Shown piece by piece: positions 62,765 to 64,000 of a stretch of DNA of 64,000 bases. Position 1 is the stretch's first letter; each line of letters opens with the position of its first letter. The DNA comes from Eledone cirrhosa (Eukaryota), in assembly GCA_964016885.1 (NCBI GenBank), contig OZ024742.1, positions 284,270,001 to 284,334,000 of the forward strand, given 5' to 3'. A program made the position numbers and the translations under genes. The notes beneath the pieces are model-generated. The model was not told where the DNA came from. It saw only the letters and a program-made list of their open reading frames with translations, and searched no databases.

Positions 62765-63577
62765 TTTAATATAAATATGAATACTTTTAAACCCAATTTG
62801 GTCTTTTGATTCCAACTATATGGAATTCATTCAGAGCTACAATCAAATATGGTAGTTTAGCTAAATAATTCAATAACTGTTCAGATAATTGTTTCAGGGC
62901 TTATGAAACAGGTAGGGAGTAAACTATTCTCAGACTGAAAACCTAGCTAAAGGAAATAAGGAGTCAGACAATGTTGTTAAAATTGGTGATAGATTAAGTT
63001 TTCAACCAAAGATTAAAAAGAAAAACTCTGATCAATCCTGATCTACCAAAGCTATTTGATCAAAGACATTCCAGTTGTGACTATCCCACTTGTTTTGTAT
63101 ATCTATGTCTAATGTGTCCTTCCATATTTAACCCTTTTGTTGCCATATTTGACTAAGACTGGTTTTTAAATCATTTTGAAAATAACAGATTTGGAGGGAT
63201 TTAGTTAAATGTTTTTTTTTCATTGTTAAGCTGATGCTTGGAACATATCTTAATAAAGGTCCTTACATAAAATTACAATGCAACATTTAAAGATTTTGAA
63301 GTGTGATTTGAGGGAGAGTTGGTTACTGTTTCCTTCAGATTAGGCAAATGTTTATAGGCTTCCTTAGTGGCTCATAAAATGGTAAGACACAGGCAATTGT
63401 GAAAGGGTTTGGGTCATTTTTTAACCCTAAGTACAAACAAGATCACAAATGTTGCAGGGAGGTAAAGGGTATTAGTAGATTATATTGACCACCTAGTATT
63501 TCTAGGCAGTATACATCATAATTTTCTGGGTTAAAGAAACACAAAAAAAAACCATATGTATAATGTATATATATATA

Positions 63578-63613
<36 letters not shown>

Positions 63614-64000
63614 ACACACATCCCATTGCTTTGTAAAGAAAAGGAAAATGCCAAAAAGAAAAAATAAGATAATTCTGATTGGAAGGAGGGGGTAAAATGA
63701 AGAAGAGGAAGGAGATGAGAGAGAGGGGGAGGAAGGGTTGGGGAGAGAGGGCAAACAGAATAAACACAAGTAAATTGATAGGAAATTACAAACGTTGGAG
63801 AGAGAAAGAGATGGAGGGGAGGGTTCTTCATCTGACAGCTATAACTTACTTCACTGGGCCCTGGGGGTGTAAGTAAAAAGGGTAGAAAGGTGGTGGCTGA
63901 GAGATGGAATCTGGGTGAAGATGAAGAGGGAGCCCCCCCACCCGTTGGTTGCATGGCTGGTGGTGATGGTAGTACTAGAGAGGTAGAGGGGAATGGTAGA

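Noticed and set aside
39591-64000. Upstream Ptc exon containing TM1 (…LWVE) or a promoter
   Set aside because: Not found by eye; probably outside the window, although a missed small exon cannot be excluded without TBLASTN or RNA-seq.

Overview
AT-rich, microsatellite- and retroposon-dense eukaryotic genomic DNA. The repeat landscape and gene architecture suggest an invertebrate, probably a coleoid cephalopod such as Octopus (inference, not proven). The whole window appears to lie inside one minus-strand gene, the Hedgehog receptor Patched (ptc/PTCH). I read 18 coding exons by hand between 39590 and 370; all have GT-AG boundaries and consistent phases, and together they give 2655 nt in one open frame. 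They cover extracellular loop 1, the sterol-sensing domain with GLGVDD, the middle cytoplasmic loop, TM7 and most of extracellular loop 2. I found no 5' exon in 39591-64000, so that is probably a >24 kb intron, and the 3' exons continue beyond position 1. Introns hold RTE, CR1, CRE-like and Penelope-like retrotransposon fragments, tRNA-derived SINEs, TTAA-flanked piggyBac-type MITEs, hAT MITEs and simple repeats. Most entries in the supplied ORF track are spurious. Most notable observations: a type I hammerhead ribozyme with a complete core (59931-59980) next to competing hairpins; a perfect 146-bp palindrome (10081-10226); three perfect Gli/Ci sites; a PHD-type zinc finger inside an RTE reverse transcriptase; a Lys-rich 9-aa tandem repeat in the Ptc cytoplasmic loop; and a near-identical ~670-bp tandem array inside a (TA)n tract. 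No prokaryote-type system is present.
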